Shown here: one piece after another, positions 1 to 11,400 of the stretch
Numbering within the stretch: position 1 is the first letter of the stretch
How the letters are laid out: each line of letters begins with the position of its first letter
Assembly: GCA_905178155.1 (NCBI GenBank)
Contig: CAJINV010000007.1
Span: 2,957,151-3,021,150, forward strand
Direction of reading: 5' to 3'
DNA from: Amoebophrya sp. A120
Lineage: Eukaryota > Protista > Dinoflagellata
Length of the DNA: 64,000 nt
Translations under genes and position numbers: made by a program
The notes under the pieces: model-generated
Databases searched by the model: none
Told to the model about the DNA's origin: nothing
What the model saw: the letters and a program-made list of their open reading frames with translations, nothing else

Positions 1-499
1 GTAGAAACTCCAGTATTACAAATCTTGATTTCTTCTGTGCATCGACACGACAAAAAAAACGCGGGGTCTCTCGTTGGTGGGTTTCGAAAACACCAGTATG
101 TCCCAAAAGTAGGCTTTGGCTTGTTGCACGTAGAATCGAATTTCAATTTGTTCCAGTGCATCAGGAAAATCCGAACACGGCACAGCAAAACAAGTAGATG
201 CTGGATCCCATCGCAGTAGAAGGACAGGAGCAGTTTATTTACGTAAGCGTTTCGGGCACTTTCGCCGCAACACCAATTGCGCAGCACGGTAAAGCCAGTG
301 CGTGCTCGGCAACTTGTTTTATTTTCGAAAGGTTCAACATGAGTCGGACTTCAAATTCAACAAAACTGAAACTTGCGGCACATCTACAAATTGATTCGAC
401 AACAGGCTCATGAAACGGGATGAACAGCAACGGAATCGGCATGCTGCGCATCAAAGGAAAGATGAACATGGTGGCGCCCGCGCCCCCAGTGTCGTCGTT

Positions 500-2483
500 T
501 CATTTTTCCCGGTCGTCTGTCGTGGATGTGCAGAAGAAACAGTCCTTGCCAAATTGTTTCTATCCCATGAAAAAGTGTATCAGTGTAACTTTTTTGGATG
601 AGCAACATCACACAGTTCTTTCGAATGGCAGAGAAAAATTGCGCGCAAGAAGCACGTGAAATCTAGCCTGTGAAGATGCACATCCAGCATGACAAGTTCA
701 GCTGTGGTACATTGCCCGCAACGCAAAGTTACACAAACACGGTTTTTTTCTTGCATAGTTCAATCATTTTTTGGCAGCATTTTGCCAAATTGCGGCAATC
801 GTCGATCCCCGAGTGGTGCTCCCTGTCGTCTGCAAAAATGTCGCACTCGCACTTAGTGTCTGGCATGACAGATCCTCCTTTTAAACTGCAGCGCGACACA
901 AGTCTTTTTTTCCATCTTCTTCGGAAAACTTGTCAATCATGCGATTTAGACCAAGCAAGTGCGATGCTTTTGCAATGCATACTTCCCCACGAGCGGCAAT
1001 TTCAGTTGGTCTAGCAGCTCTGTCATGCCCTTGGCCTTGCGCCCCGACGCGAGCTGGTATATGCTGCAGAAAAGTCACTCACCGCAGTCGTACAAGAAAA
1101 AATGTGCTGCGGTTTGCAATTTCAAAAGCTAAGCTCATTGTCATTGCGGCCGTTCAGTATGACAGGCTTTTTTGTTGCGAGTCTCGAACCGAAGGCTAGC
1201 ACTTTGGACGCATCAGATTCAAAAACTGCATTCTGCAAGACAGCAGGCTGTCTCTTGTCTAATGACGCAAATAGTAGAGCCACACAAATTTATATGAACT
1301 TGTCTTCTGGTATCAGAGCCAGTGCACTACTTTTCTGCAGGGCCGTACGATAGGCTTCTTTCACGTTGCACCAGTGTGTGATCACCTTCCGCGCTCTGTT
1401 TTTCGACGGAAACTGGCCTGCCGCCGCGAGGGCCAACTGTGACGGGAGGCAGGATCGGAAATCCCAGTCGCCGCAGGTGAGGAGCAAGCAGTTCGGAAAC
1501 CGGGGCATGAATTCCGCGAGCCAGCGGTTGGCCACTCGCAAAAAGGGGTCCGCGGCGTCGACCTGCGTTTGCGAGATTCCGGTCAGATGCGTGCAAAAGG
1601 GGGTTATCACCGGAAACCGGGTGGGCCTGACGTATTCGTGAAACTCCGCGACGGGCTCCAAAATGTCTCGCGTTTTTCCCTCCGGAGATAAAACTTCAGC
1701 TGAATCTGCTCCACATTCCGATGTCGTTGATGTGCGCTCAAACACGATATAATCATCCTCGCAATCTTCGTTCTCATGCTGCGCTTTCGTCGCAGCGACC
1801 TGCTTCCTTCGCAGTACCACCGTTGGAAACTCAATCACCTCGTTTACGAAGCCCGGAATCTGCCACTTCGGATCTGCCCAGGCCGGGTCTCGGTTGCCGT
1901 TCGGGATGCAGTTGCACTCGAAATCGACCACGGCTATGTATTCATAAGTTGGCACGGCCAAGTCGGGTTTCTCGTTTGGCTCTGCGCCTGTACAACTAGT
2001 ACGTGTGGCAGCGCCCGGCTTTTTTCGAGAAAAGTAGCTGTCCATCTCTTTGTAGAGACAATTTTGCTTGAAAAACGTGTAACCCCTCAGTTTATCTTCG
2101 GAATGCCCTTCACCATCCTCTACTCCGAGGGGGTTGTCTTGAAGTATATCCGGACCAGTTTCATCTCCACCTATGTAGTCTGCAGACGAAGCTACTGCTC
2201 CGGCCTCCAGCATGTTGTCTCCTGGTTGCGGCGCAGGAAGTAGTGTGGTGGGAAGTAGATTAGCTGTAATTCTTTCCTCCTGTGGTGTTGTTCTGGTGGA
2301 AAACGATAAGCGGTTTAAAGGAAGTTCCCCACAGGATGGCACGCTAGTCCTGTACGCCGGTAAAGGTGTAGCAGAAATTTTCGGAAACAAGAAGGAGCTC
2401 GGTGAAGTTCTTCGTTGCTGACAGAAATAGCGATATCTGCGACCAAAACCGGAAAAAGGAGAAGGAGATCCGATCGTGGGCAT
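500..2483 (-). CDS. ERI1/ERI3-like DEDDh 3'-5' exonuclease, 4 exons (2483-1348, 1054-982, 818-758, 555-500); start codon uncertain (2483 or 2213)
   Basis: ORF 1290..2483 has VVDFEC, EVIEFP, EFHEYVRP, FCTHLTGISQ and TCGDWD. Removing three IR-bounded inserts adds KEAYRLASGRKAKGMTELLDQLKLPLVGK|HHSGIDDCRNLAK, which supplies the missing ExoIII H/D motif. Exon total is 1326 nt, in frame. Confidence 0.85.
561..757. mobile_element. Decayed introner-like element (197 bp), intron 3 of the ERI1-like gene
   Basis: Left end tatcccatgaaaaagtgtatcagtgtaact; reverse complement of right end tatgcaagaaaaaaaccgtgtttgtgtaact, close to the TIR at 10952. Flanks gtttc/gttca are imperfect. Removal of the element plus 5 bp gives MIEQFGKDCFFCT...stop at 500. 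Confidence 0.6.
824..981. mobile_element. Decayed introner-like element (158 bp), intron 2 of the ERI1-like gene
   Basis: Imperfect TIR (tgcaaaaatgtcgcactcgc vs tgcaaaagcatcgcacttgc). Flanks ctccc/cttcc match 4/5. Removal joins LPLVGK to HHSGIDD. Confidence 0.75.
1060..1347. mobile_element. Decayed introner-like element (~288 bp), intron 1 of the ERI1-like gene
   Basis: Inverted ctgcagaaaagt near both ends; flanks tggta/cgata match 3/5. Removal joins WCNVKEAY to RLASGRKAKGM in frame. Confidence 0.6.
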
Positions 2484-3457
2484 GCAAATCCAAATTCAAG
2501 TCAAGCAATTTGAAAAGATGTTTCCTCTCATTTATGTCGAGCTAATCCTATTCCCAAAATCAGTGAAAGTGTTACACAAGCGCTGCACTTGGACTTGCTT
2601 TACTCGTTGCAAAAAAGTAGATTAGAAAACTGAAGAGGCAGCGGCAAAAAAATCCTTTTTTTCACGCAGTTGAGAAACAATGTGATGCAGAAGTACGGGA
2701 CCGAAGCCGAACCATGCGAAAGGTAATCAATATCGAAGAGTTTCTTCCTGTCCAAGATTTCTCCGCACGATTAAAAGTGTTGATCAAAAAACTTTCGCTG
2801 CTCGAGCTCGACCGAGAGCAGCGGTCCTGGATCTCTATGTCTATCTCATTGATCTGCTTAAACAAGAAGGAAGTATTAGTATTTTGTTTTACACACTGGC
2901 ACTGCTTTCATACAAGCTTCTTCTACAATCCTGATGAAGCTAGAAGATGATCTCGAGGTGAACAATGTAGTGCTGGATCTTCACCTTCGGTGCGGCGAGT
3001 AAGTGCCTACCACAAGAGCGCCTGACTCGAGAACCTCGGCGCCATCTTCTTTGTACTCAAAACAAAGTCGATTCAGTACTTGTATCCGCGTCCCTCAGAT
3101 CTCCTCGAACAGGGACTGCAATCGGCGGGGGCATTGCCGGGAGTCGGTCCGTGTCTACTGCGCATCGCCCGTCACATTCTCGTCCTCTGCAAGGTGCTTG
3201 TCTACGCATGATATTGAAACGATGCTATGTACTTATTGCTCCGAGTTACTTTCAGAAGCGCCACCGCTAGTAGATGTGAAGATCATTGATTCATGATCCC
3301 GCTTGTGGCATTCTTGAGGAACTCGCCACGTTGCAGCACTCCTTGCCTTTTGCATTTCCCTTCCTGTTTGTGCAGGGCTTACACCATCCATCGAGAGTTC
3401 AGCAACCACTCGTGTGTCTCCTGAGACAGACGGTATTGCATTTTTCCCAAATCTATT

Positions 3458-4870
3458 CTATCCAAACCCACAGGTTTCTTTACAATTTCCCAATATCGCA
3501 TGCACCCAGGGCGCGAATTGCGTGAATCCAGTCCTCGTTCGCGCAAGTGCGAGGTACGTGGTCATATTCGCGTAGTAAAAACTGTGCACCTCGTCATCCT
3601 CGGACAGGTCCGTGGCCAGTCTTTTCCCCAATGTGTAAACCGTGAGCAGCGTTTTCTCGCAGAAGGGCCGCATCTTGGGCATGACGCCGCGCCATGAAAA
3701 AGCCAAGCGGCAACACTGTCGCGGCATCGGTGACGTCGGGAGAGGATTGGTGCTACTGGACGTCGTATAATCCTGACTCGTGCTTGTGTCCGCGCCGTCA
3801 GCATTTTGAACAGAATTACAGGCTTGGTCGCTCCTGTTCTCTTCCGCTGCATCCGCGGACACAACGGCTCCGCTCGTTTCTGAAATTATCCTTGTTGAGT
3901 GCCTGCATTTTGCTTCATTTCTGACATTTATTGCGTCGCTCTTCACCGAGCGCGCATCGGGTAGTTGTTCTGCGAGGTCGACCTCATAGAAGTCGTCGTC
4001 GAGGGTCGCTGCCTTCAGCAAATTGATCCCAAGCTCCTCCTGGACCGCTCGATGGGCCGCAACCTCGTCCGGCTCGTCAATCTCCACGGTCTCGCTGACT
4101 CCCAGGTCGATCAACCCTCCGAAGGCCCACTTCCACGGAGCCCGGACTTGGAACAGGAACTCCGTTTCGCTTTTATGTGTCTCGGGATGTTGATGTTGTG
4201 GTGTGCTGCGACTGCGAGCAGCACTGTCAGAGGCGTGTTGCTCTTCTGGCGATGTAGAAGTCGCCGGTCGATGGACGACCGGAATAACGGCAACGCCACG
4301 GTGCCAGTAGGGGCAGGTCGTTCGCATCTCCCATGCTGTCATACGGTTCGCCGCGCTAGGAGCCGGCGTAGGCGTTGCCGTCTGTATATCATTCCCCAGC
4401 TGGTCATCCCCCACAGCCGCCGGACGAACAGGAGCCCTCCGGGCGTGGCCAGGCTGCACCCCCTCCTGCAACCCGCTTGTACTCTCGTGGCCGTCAAAAT
4501 GGGGCTCGAAGTTGGCTTCTTGTGGGGTCAAAAAGCCGTCCACTACGTCCTGCCAGGACTTGTACTGCAGCGGGTCGCCTTGGGTCTCAAACGGCCGGGC
4601 GCCCTGCCAGCACGCGGAGAGATCGTACCCGCCTACTTCATCTGCTAGGGCTGCGCGGAAGCAGTCCTGGTGCGCCGCCCACTCTGCGTCCGTCAGAAGC
4701 GCCCGTGGGGAAGCATCTCCATCTTCGTCATCGTCGCGACCTGGCTCTACTGGTCGGGCAGCGGACGACGAGACACCAGGTAGGAAGGTGACGGTGAAAA
4801 CGACCAATTTACAAGAGGACGTAGAGGAGAAGAAACCTAACCTCAAAAAACGTTTGGAGCGAAGCGACAT
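3458..4870 (-). CDS. Nudix hydrolase, IPP-isomerase (IDI type 1)/YfcD-like, with possible N-terminal targeting peptide
   Basis: HRGVAV...FQVRAPWKWAFGGLIDL...EPDEVAAHRAVQEELGI (degenerate Nudix box), later DDEV and FAPW; hydrophobic N-terminal stretch. Confidence 0.7.
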   Translation of the reverse strand: MSLRSKRFLRLGFFSSTSSCKLVVFTVTFLPGVSSSAARPVEPGRDDDEDGDASPRALLTDAEWAAHQDCFRAALADEVGGYDLSACWQGARPFETQGDPLQYKSWQDVVDGFLTPQEANFEPHFDGHESTSGLQEGVQPGHARRAPVRPAAVGDDQLGNDIQTATPTPAPSAANRMTAWEMRTTCPYWHRGVAVIPVVHRPATSTSPEEQHASDSAARSRSTPQHQHPETHKSETEFLFQVRAPWKWAFGGLIDLGVSETVEIDEPDEVAAHRAVQEELGINLLKAATLDDDFYEVDLAEQLPDARSVKSDAINVRNEAKCRHSTRIISETSGAVVSADAAEENRSDQACNSVQNADGADTSTSQDYTTSSSTNPLPTSPMPRQCCRLAFSWRGVMPKMRPFCEKTLLTVYTLGKRLATDLSEDDEVHSFYYANMTTYLALARTRTGFTQFAPWVHAILGNCKETCGFG

Positions 4871-5438
4871 ACTGATACTTATGCTTTAATACGAAGAGAA
4901 AGAAAGAGAGAGCAAGAAAGAAACACGACCTGGCTGCATTTATTCTCTTTTTTCTTTTTTCACTAATTAACACTTGCATCATTTTTCATCCTTCGTGAGT
5001 AAACCCACCTCTTCCCTCTCGTTGCACACCCAACGCCCTGGTGCTGGTTACAGAATCAGAAAGAAAGAGCAGACGAACATAGCTTCTTCTTTTTGTTTTT
5101 CCCTGCAGGCAAACAAATCGATCAGCTGCGAGCCGTCGAGCAGCAAGAGCACCTCAGCCATCACAGCGAGCGGTGGAACCACTGAGTACTGCAGCACAAT
5201 GTGCAAGACCAAAAATTGAAGTTGATCCCAAGTTGTATACAAAGCTGAGCCGAGGACGTCATGATTTGTATGGGAGTCCTCCAAGGAGCGGAGGCGTAAA
5301 GACGCTAGTGCATCACCATGCAGAAAAGCAAGCCGATAAATTCGAATTCAAACACTGGTGGTCGCTTCGAGAGGAAGAAGAACAAGAAGATGAAAAGTGC
5401 CTACTATTGTTCTTGAAAGTCCACAACTTCCTCTGCGT

Positions 5439-8400
5439 CTATTGTTCCTTCTGTCTGTCTTCTCTACTACACCCAGACACCGCTGCGTCCCTCACCAACG
5501 GCCCCACTAATCTCCGTGCGAACGCCGCTCCCTCCTCGCTGTACCTGTGACTTTCGAACAAGTCTGCCTGTTCCGGGAAGTGTTTTTGCAAGACGGATTT
5601 TAACTCCTGCAACCATATCACGTAGCAAGTCCACCAATTTCCGGTCGTGGACGGGTGCAGGTCGTCAGACAGGGTCAATACGTGGCGCCGCTCTCGTTCT
5701 GCTGGTATTCCGCTATTATTCCCAGGACCCCCACCAGCCTTTCGCCTGACCGCCATACAATAGGGTGGCGGGTTCGATTCCAGCATGTGCCGCAAGACGG
5801 TTCGTAGTTGCAACATCGACGGCCCCCGTGTGTGGGAGGACAGAAGATTGTAGTTTTTGCTTTCTTTATTCGCCACCACTCGCCGTCCTCGTGCGCCGGC
5901 CTGGCGCTCGTGCACTTCGATTGCCTTTTCCATCACCTTCGTTGCAAGTTCTTGCGTCCAAATCTCGCTGTGCCTAGCGGCAGCAAGGAACAGTTGCTGT
6001 TCTTGGTTTTCTTGCCACGCTTTATTTTGCTCCGCCTGTACTAGCGGTCTAGCTCCAGTCATCGTGCTAGAAGACAGGTTTGCTGTACTATCATCTCCTT
6101 CAGACAAAGCCTCCACTCCATTTCCTACTGGTGCATTGTCAACATCTAACCCTGCGGCTACTTCGTCGCGCCGGACAGGACCACAAGAACGTCGTCCTTC
6201 CGCTATTAAAGAGAGTCCTTTTCGCGCTGCCGTCGGTGCTGTGTTCTCGGAATCACAAACAACCTCAAGCTCCGGAACCACAAAGACCAAAACTTCATCA
6301 CCGCGTCCGGACCGGCTGCTCGTCCCAGCAAGCCTTTCGCCGCCGCCACGAGGATCCTCGTGGTCACCTGGTTCAGATGTTGAACCAAGATCTTCATCGC
6401 AGTCCGGCGAAAATTCCAACAAACGCACACTGTGCGGGGTGGAGGTCGAGCGTCGAGCCTCGTCCCGAAATAAGAACGGAACATTTTGAAGACCACAACT
6501 TCGTTCCTGGTCTTGTCGTGACGGAGTTTTATTTTCACACGATAGATTTTGCGCCGCGTGCTGCTTGCGCCTCTGCGAGGAGACATCAATGCTCCTGACA
6601 GATAGAAAATCGTCTCGGCTCGCCGCACTACTATCATTCTCGGTGAAGTAGGGGTCATTCTTGTTCCCTCCGATATTGATCCGGACAAGTCTACGTTCTT
6701 TCTCCTTGAAGAGGCCCGGTCTTTTACGTTCACCAGGAACTGCAGCTGCTGCTTCTAATCCTTGCACACCCGTACAACTCGCTTGCCAGTCGTAGCTGTA
6801 GCGCGCCACGCCGTAACAGGGACGCGTGAAATTTATTCTGAAAGAAGAAGTAGAACCCGAGGCACGAGTTGTCTTCAAGGGGACGCTCGTCGCGCCGTGC
6901 GATTTATGAGCAGGATCATCAAAAACATCCTCGTCGGTATTTTCGCAAGCAGGATTTGGTGGACCATGTTGTTCGCTCTTTTCTCGTTCTCCTTCTCCGT
7001 GGACCTGCTTTTCGCCAACTAGGCTTCTCCGATGTTGTAGTTGGTCCTCTACCTCGTTTCCGTACTTCATCTCGAGACAGAGCAGGATCAGATTGAAGCT
7101 CGCCTGCAGGAAGACGGACAAAAGCTTCGGTCTTGGCGGCACTCGGAGCACCGGGCGCGCGACCTCGGTGAGCCGGGGGATGCGCAGCATTTGCGCAATA
7201 TCGTGCGGCACAAAGACAATCCGATCCGGGGCGAGTTCCTCGGAGGAGGAAAAGTCGGACGTTGAAGTTAATGACGGGGAAGTTAAAGTTCCGTACGCTG
7301 CATGCTGTCGTCGTTCCTGCGTACTTGTCGCGGAGGAGGAGAAGGAACTACATCGAGACAAAGAACTATTGCAGGACGTCGACAAGGTGCGGCCACGATC
7401 GTTCCTGCTGTCACTGAACGGCTCGGAGGCGAGGTCGTTCACTACAAGCAAGTAGCTGTTCTCTCCTGCTGCTGGAGGTCGTTGCTTGTTCACCTCCTCG
7501 GCAGATGCACAAACGCTAGCAGCGCCACTGGATATCAACCTCTTCACGCGGCCCGTGGACGAAGTAGAGCGCGAGGGCAACGAAAAAGGCGTACTTTTCT
7601 TTTCATTTTCCCTCTGTAGCGGCTTAAACCCCCCGCTCCGCACCCGGACCACGGGCAAAGCACTTGACAAAGTGTGTTCCCGAGCCCGGGCACCCCCGTG
7701 TTGCTGTGCGAAGGCGCGAAAAGCCGGCAGTGCGTAGTTTTCGTACACGCTGTGGGTTCCGTAGGGCCCGTGGTCGTCCAGGTACATGTCGCGAGACCGA
7801 CCCGGGAGCTGAGTGAGGCTCCTGACATCGTGCCCATCGCATAGATCGACGCTAGTGAGCTTGAGGTTACTCTGCTCTTCCTGCTCTGGTGGATTTGATA
7901 TTACGTGCTGGTCCGCCGGAGACTTACTTGCACAACTGCTTGATAGGCTTCCCAAACCCGCACCACTGTTTTCAGCCAACAGCAGCTCGCGCTGCGCTTT
8001 TCTTTTCTGCAGCCGAAAAAGCGTGAAGGTTTCCAAGATCTCCCGGAACCCCGGCTCCTTCCTGGCACCAATCTCGCACAGAAAGGGCGCCAACTCCAGG
8101 TCGTAGTGGCGCTCAAGGACACGGTAGCCGCTCATCGACAGTTCGAAGACGTTCATCGAAAACTCTTTCATCCCGTTGTTCCGGCGTCGGTCCTGGCCAG
8201 CCGGTGCCCTGCTGCCCACCGCCTCCTGGCTGTTCCGCCTAACCGGAGGAACTTCTGGAAGCGATGGTGGGTGGAGAAAGGTTTCGTGCGCGTAGTGCCA
8301 CGAGCCCAGCAAAACGGTCTCCGTCACCCGTTTGTTTTCCTTGGTGCCCCAGTTGCGCTCGAGCGGCACCCAGATGGCGGGAAAAAGTTCGAAAAGGCGG

Positions 8401-11400
8401 TGGACCAGCTTGGCGTTTTCGCTGTTTTTCGCCGCGAGTTGGTGCAAGCGCAGGTAAAAGGCCTGCATCCTCTGCGGCACCATGCGCCGGAAGGAAAATG
8501 ATAGACAGCACGCGGAACTGCTCGTCCTGGTTTGAACAGCTTGATCGCTGCTGTCGCGACCCGAGGAAATCGCGGCCGACGAGGATGTCGCTGCACCAGA
8601 GGAAGCAGAATCAGTCGAGGAGGATAGAGCCGGCGCTCCTCCCGCTTTACTATTGCTGCGAACTAATCCGCTTTCCTCGCCTTGACATTGCCTTTCCACT
8701 GCAGCAAGCAGGTCACATGTTATACCATACACTCCTCCCGGCGTTGTTTCCTCCGCGTTGCGGAATGTCTGTGGGCGACAGCCCGGGGTGGTTTCGTAGT
8801 AGTACTCGTTGTCGCTACTTTTGAAGAAAGATAGTAGTTCCGTGCTCGTCAAATCAATCTTCGGCACTTCTCCTCGTCCACGACCAAATGAGGTTGCTGC
8901 ACACGACCCGTCAGTTGCATCGTTTGATGCGGTTGTCGTGAACTCCTCGTGGTTTTCGTTCGTGTTACTCGCACAGGGCTTTGAACATGGTCCTGCAATC
9001 TTAGAAGCTGCACCTTTGATGCCAGACGTAGAAGTTGCAGCTGCTGACCTACTTGAAGAAGACGGCGGCGCACAACCTCTACCATTAATGCTGGTCGTCA
9101 TACACCACCGCACCAAGTAGCCGCACAAGTCCGCGCAGGACAAATGGTGTCGCAGTCCGCAGGCGAAAAGGAGCAAGGATTTCTCCGGCAGGTCCGGGTG
9201 CAGGAGGTGCTTGTATTCCCGGACAGGCACTGGAGATGAAAAGGATTCTTCCGCATATTTTTGGGCATCTTTCCTGCTCGTGCTTTGTTGGCTCGGATAA
9301 CTTCTAGAGCATCCGGTCATCTGCTTGTTGCTACCGTAACTTTTCTTCTGCCCCTTCCGTAATTCCCTCTCATTTTCTGACAGCAGCAGCAGACCACGGT
9401 TTGCCTCTGAGCCCGGAACCAAATCGGCACAGCAGTTGGAAAAGGGCAGGAACCGATTCTTCGTAAAGGTGTCTGCCGGCAGAGAATGCAAGAACCTGTC
9501 CGCAACTGCACCGCTGAAGCAGCTGCTGGCGCTACGACGACTTCTATTGTTCTTCCGAAGTACAACAGACGATTGACTACTGGAAGCCCGCCGGCGGCTA
9601 CAACTACCCACCGCGTTTGGGCACCAAGGCATGGTTCGGAGAAAGGAGAACAGGTCTAGGTTTCCGAAACAGTCCAGAAACAGCCCGCCGCAATCGTGCT
9701 GCACAAATTCGTAACACCGCCAGTACGACTGCATGGCAGACCAGTCCGGCGTCACGTAGTCGTCGTTGCAGGCCACGGCTCGCAGGCGGTTCAGTTCCCG
9801 GTCGCAAAAATTCACGAACTGCGTGATCGCGCAGAGAATTCTCGCAGATTTCTGCTCTGATTCTGCAGGATGAGATGTCAACATTCTGCTTCCATTTCTG
9901 CCCATGTTTCCACCACGCCCTGGTTGCCAGTAGTGCGTGTCGTAGACATGATGTTCTTGTAGGGCGCTTTGGTTTTCTTTTTCAATATCATCCCCGTTGT
10001 CATCATTTTCTTCACATGCCAAGTTGTAGGCGACGGCTAATTCGGAAAAAATCGTTTTGAGAAAAAGCTCGCTCCGCCGCTTAGATGCGACCGTCAACCC
10101 GGGCGAGAAAAGACTGCGGACGTTCAAATGTTCGTGCAGCCACCGGAGTTCCTGTTGCTGCTGTTCGGCGACCCCAACAGCCCCCCTGTTGCAAACATTA
10201 TGACCACGCGCGTCGGACTTATCATCATATCCAGTCCCGCAAAGCGCTGCGTGTCCGTGCCCGGCCCCACCTGCAGGATTTGTTGTACCACAACTAGTCA
10301 CCAGTATACTATCTACAACGCAGACGGGCAATTTGTCCGCTACTTTGGAAACCGAGTCCAAGGCCACCCGGTCGTCACTGTGCGGCGCCATCGCCAGCAG
10401 GTGCTGTCTGCTTGCCTTCACCAGCATCAGATTCCCTTTGCCGAGGGGCAGGGCAAACTGGGAGTCGAAAAGCGAAACCGGCACACAAGAACTGTCGGAA
10501 ATATCACAACTCTCGTCCTCCCTAAAGAGCAGCTGGTACACGTTGTTCCTCGTGTATTCCAGGACGTCATCGCGGATTTCGGTCGTTGGAGCAATGGCGT
10601 TCTCGTTTCCCTTGCAGACAAGCCAGAGCGACTCTAATAGCGCGTTCCAGAGCGTGGGGTCCCGCGTCTTTAACTCATCCGAGAAATTCTGAAGGAACTT
10701 CAGCATCGATTTGTACGCCCGGTCGGCGCGCGGGGGCCACGACAGAACATGTTCTTGAAGTGGTCCTGGATGAAAAGGAACAAACTCAGAAGAATTAGTC
10801 AAAGTGGTCTGATGCAGTTCCAAGACATTTTCGTACGTTGGTTCCTCCGAACTTGCAACACAACTTCCGCTTGTCTCAAAGAAGATGAAGGATTTCGCTT
10901 CGGGCGAAAGCAGGGAGGCGTGCGAGTCTTTGTGCGCCTCGCAGTACTCGGTATGCAAGAAAAAAACTGTGTAAGTGTAAGTCTGTCATGCAAAGTGTGC
11001 GACCCTGTTGCACTTGTCATGCTAGCCAACCATGAAGTCCTATTTCATTTCCATTTGTGCTTTCACTTATTAGTTGCGCATGACAGGCTTTGTCTGACAT
11101 GCAGAACAGATTTGTAATGCTGTCACCTCAAGACACCTACACTAACACAGTTTTTTTTCTTGGATACTCGGTGATACGCGTGTACTCGTCGAGAATGTAG
11201 TGCGCAACTGTGGGGACGGAAAGTTCCTGAACTCCGTACACTCGTGCGAGAACCGACTTCAAAGCCGACCGCGCGTCACTTGTGTCGGTCTCCTGCTGAG
11301 GGACAACTACATGAGCACCACTTTGATTTTCTGTCGCCGGCAATGGCAAATTCGAATTCGTCTCGAAAGCCTGGAAAATATCCGTGTCCAGAACCAGCAC

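Noticed and set aside
2662-3300. Protein-like fragments between the exonuclease and Nudix genes (+ MRKVINIEEFLP...; - LQSLFEEI*GTRIQVLNRL...)
   Set aside because: Short, interrupted by stops, no recognisable family or consistent splice model.
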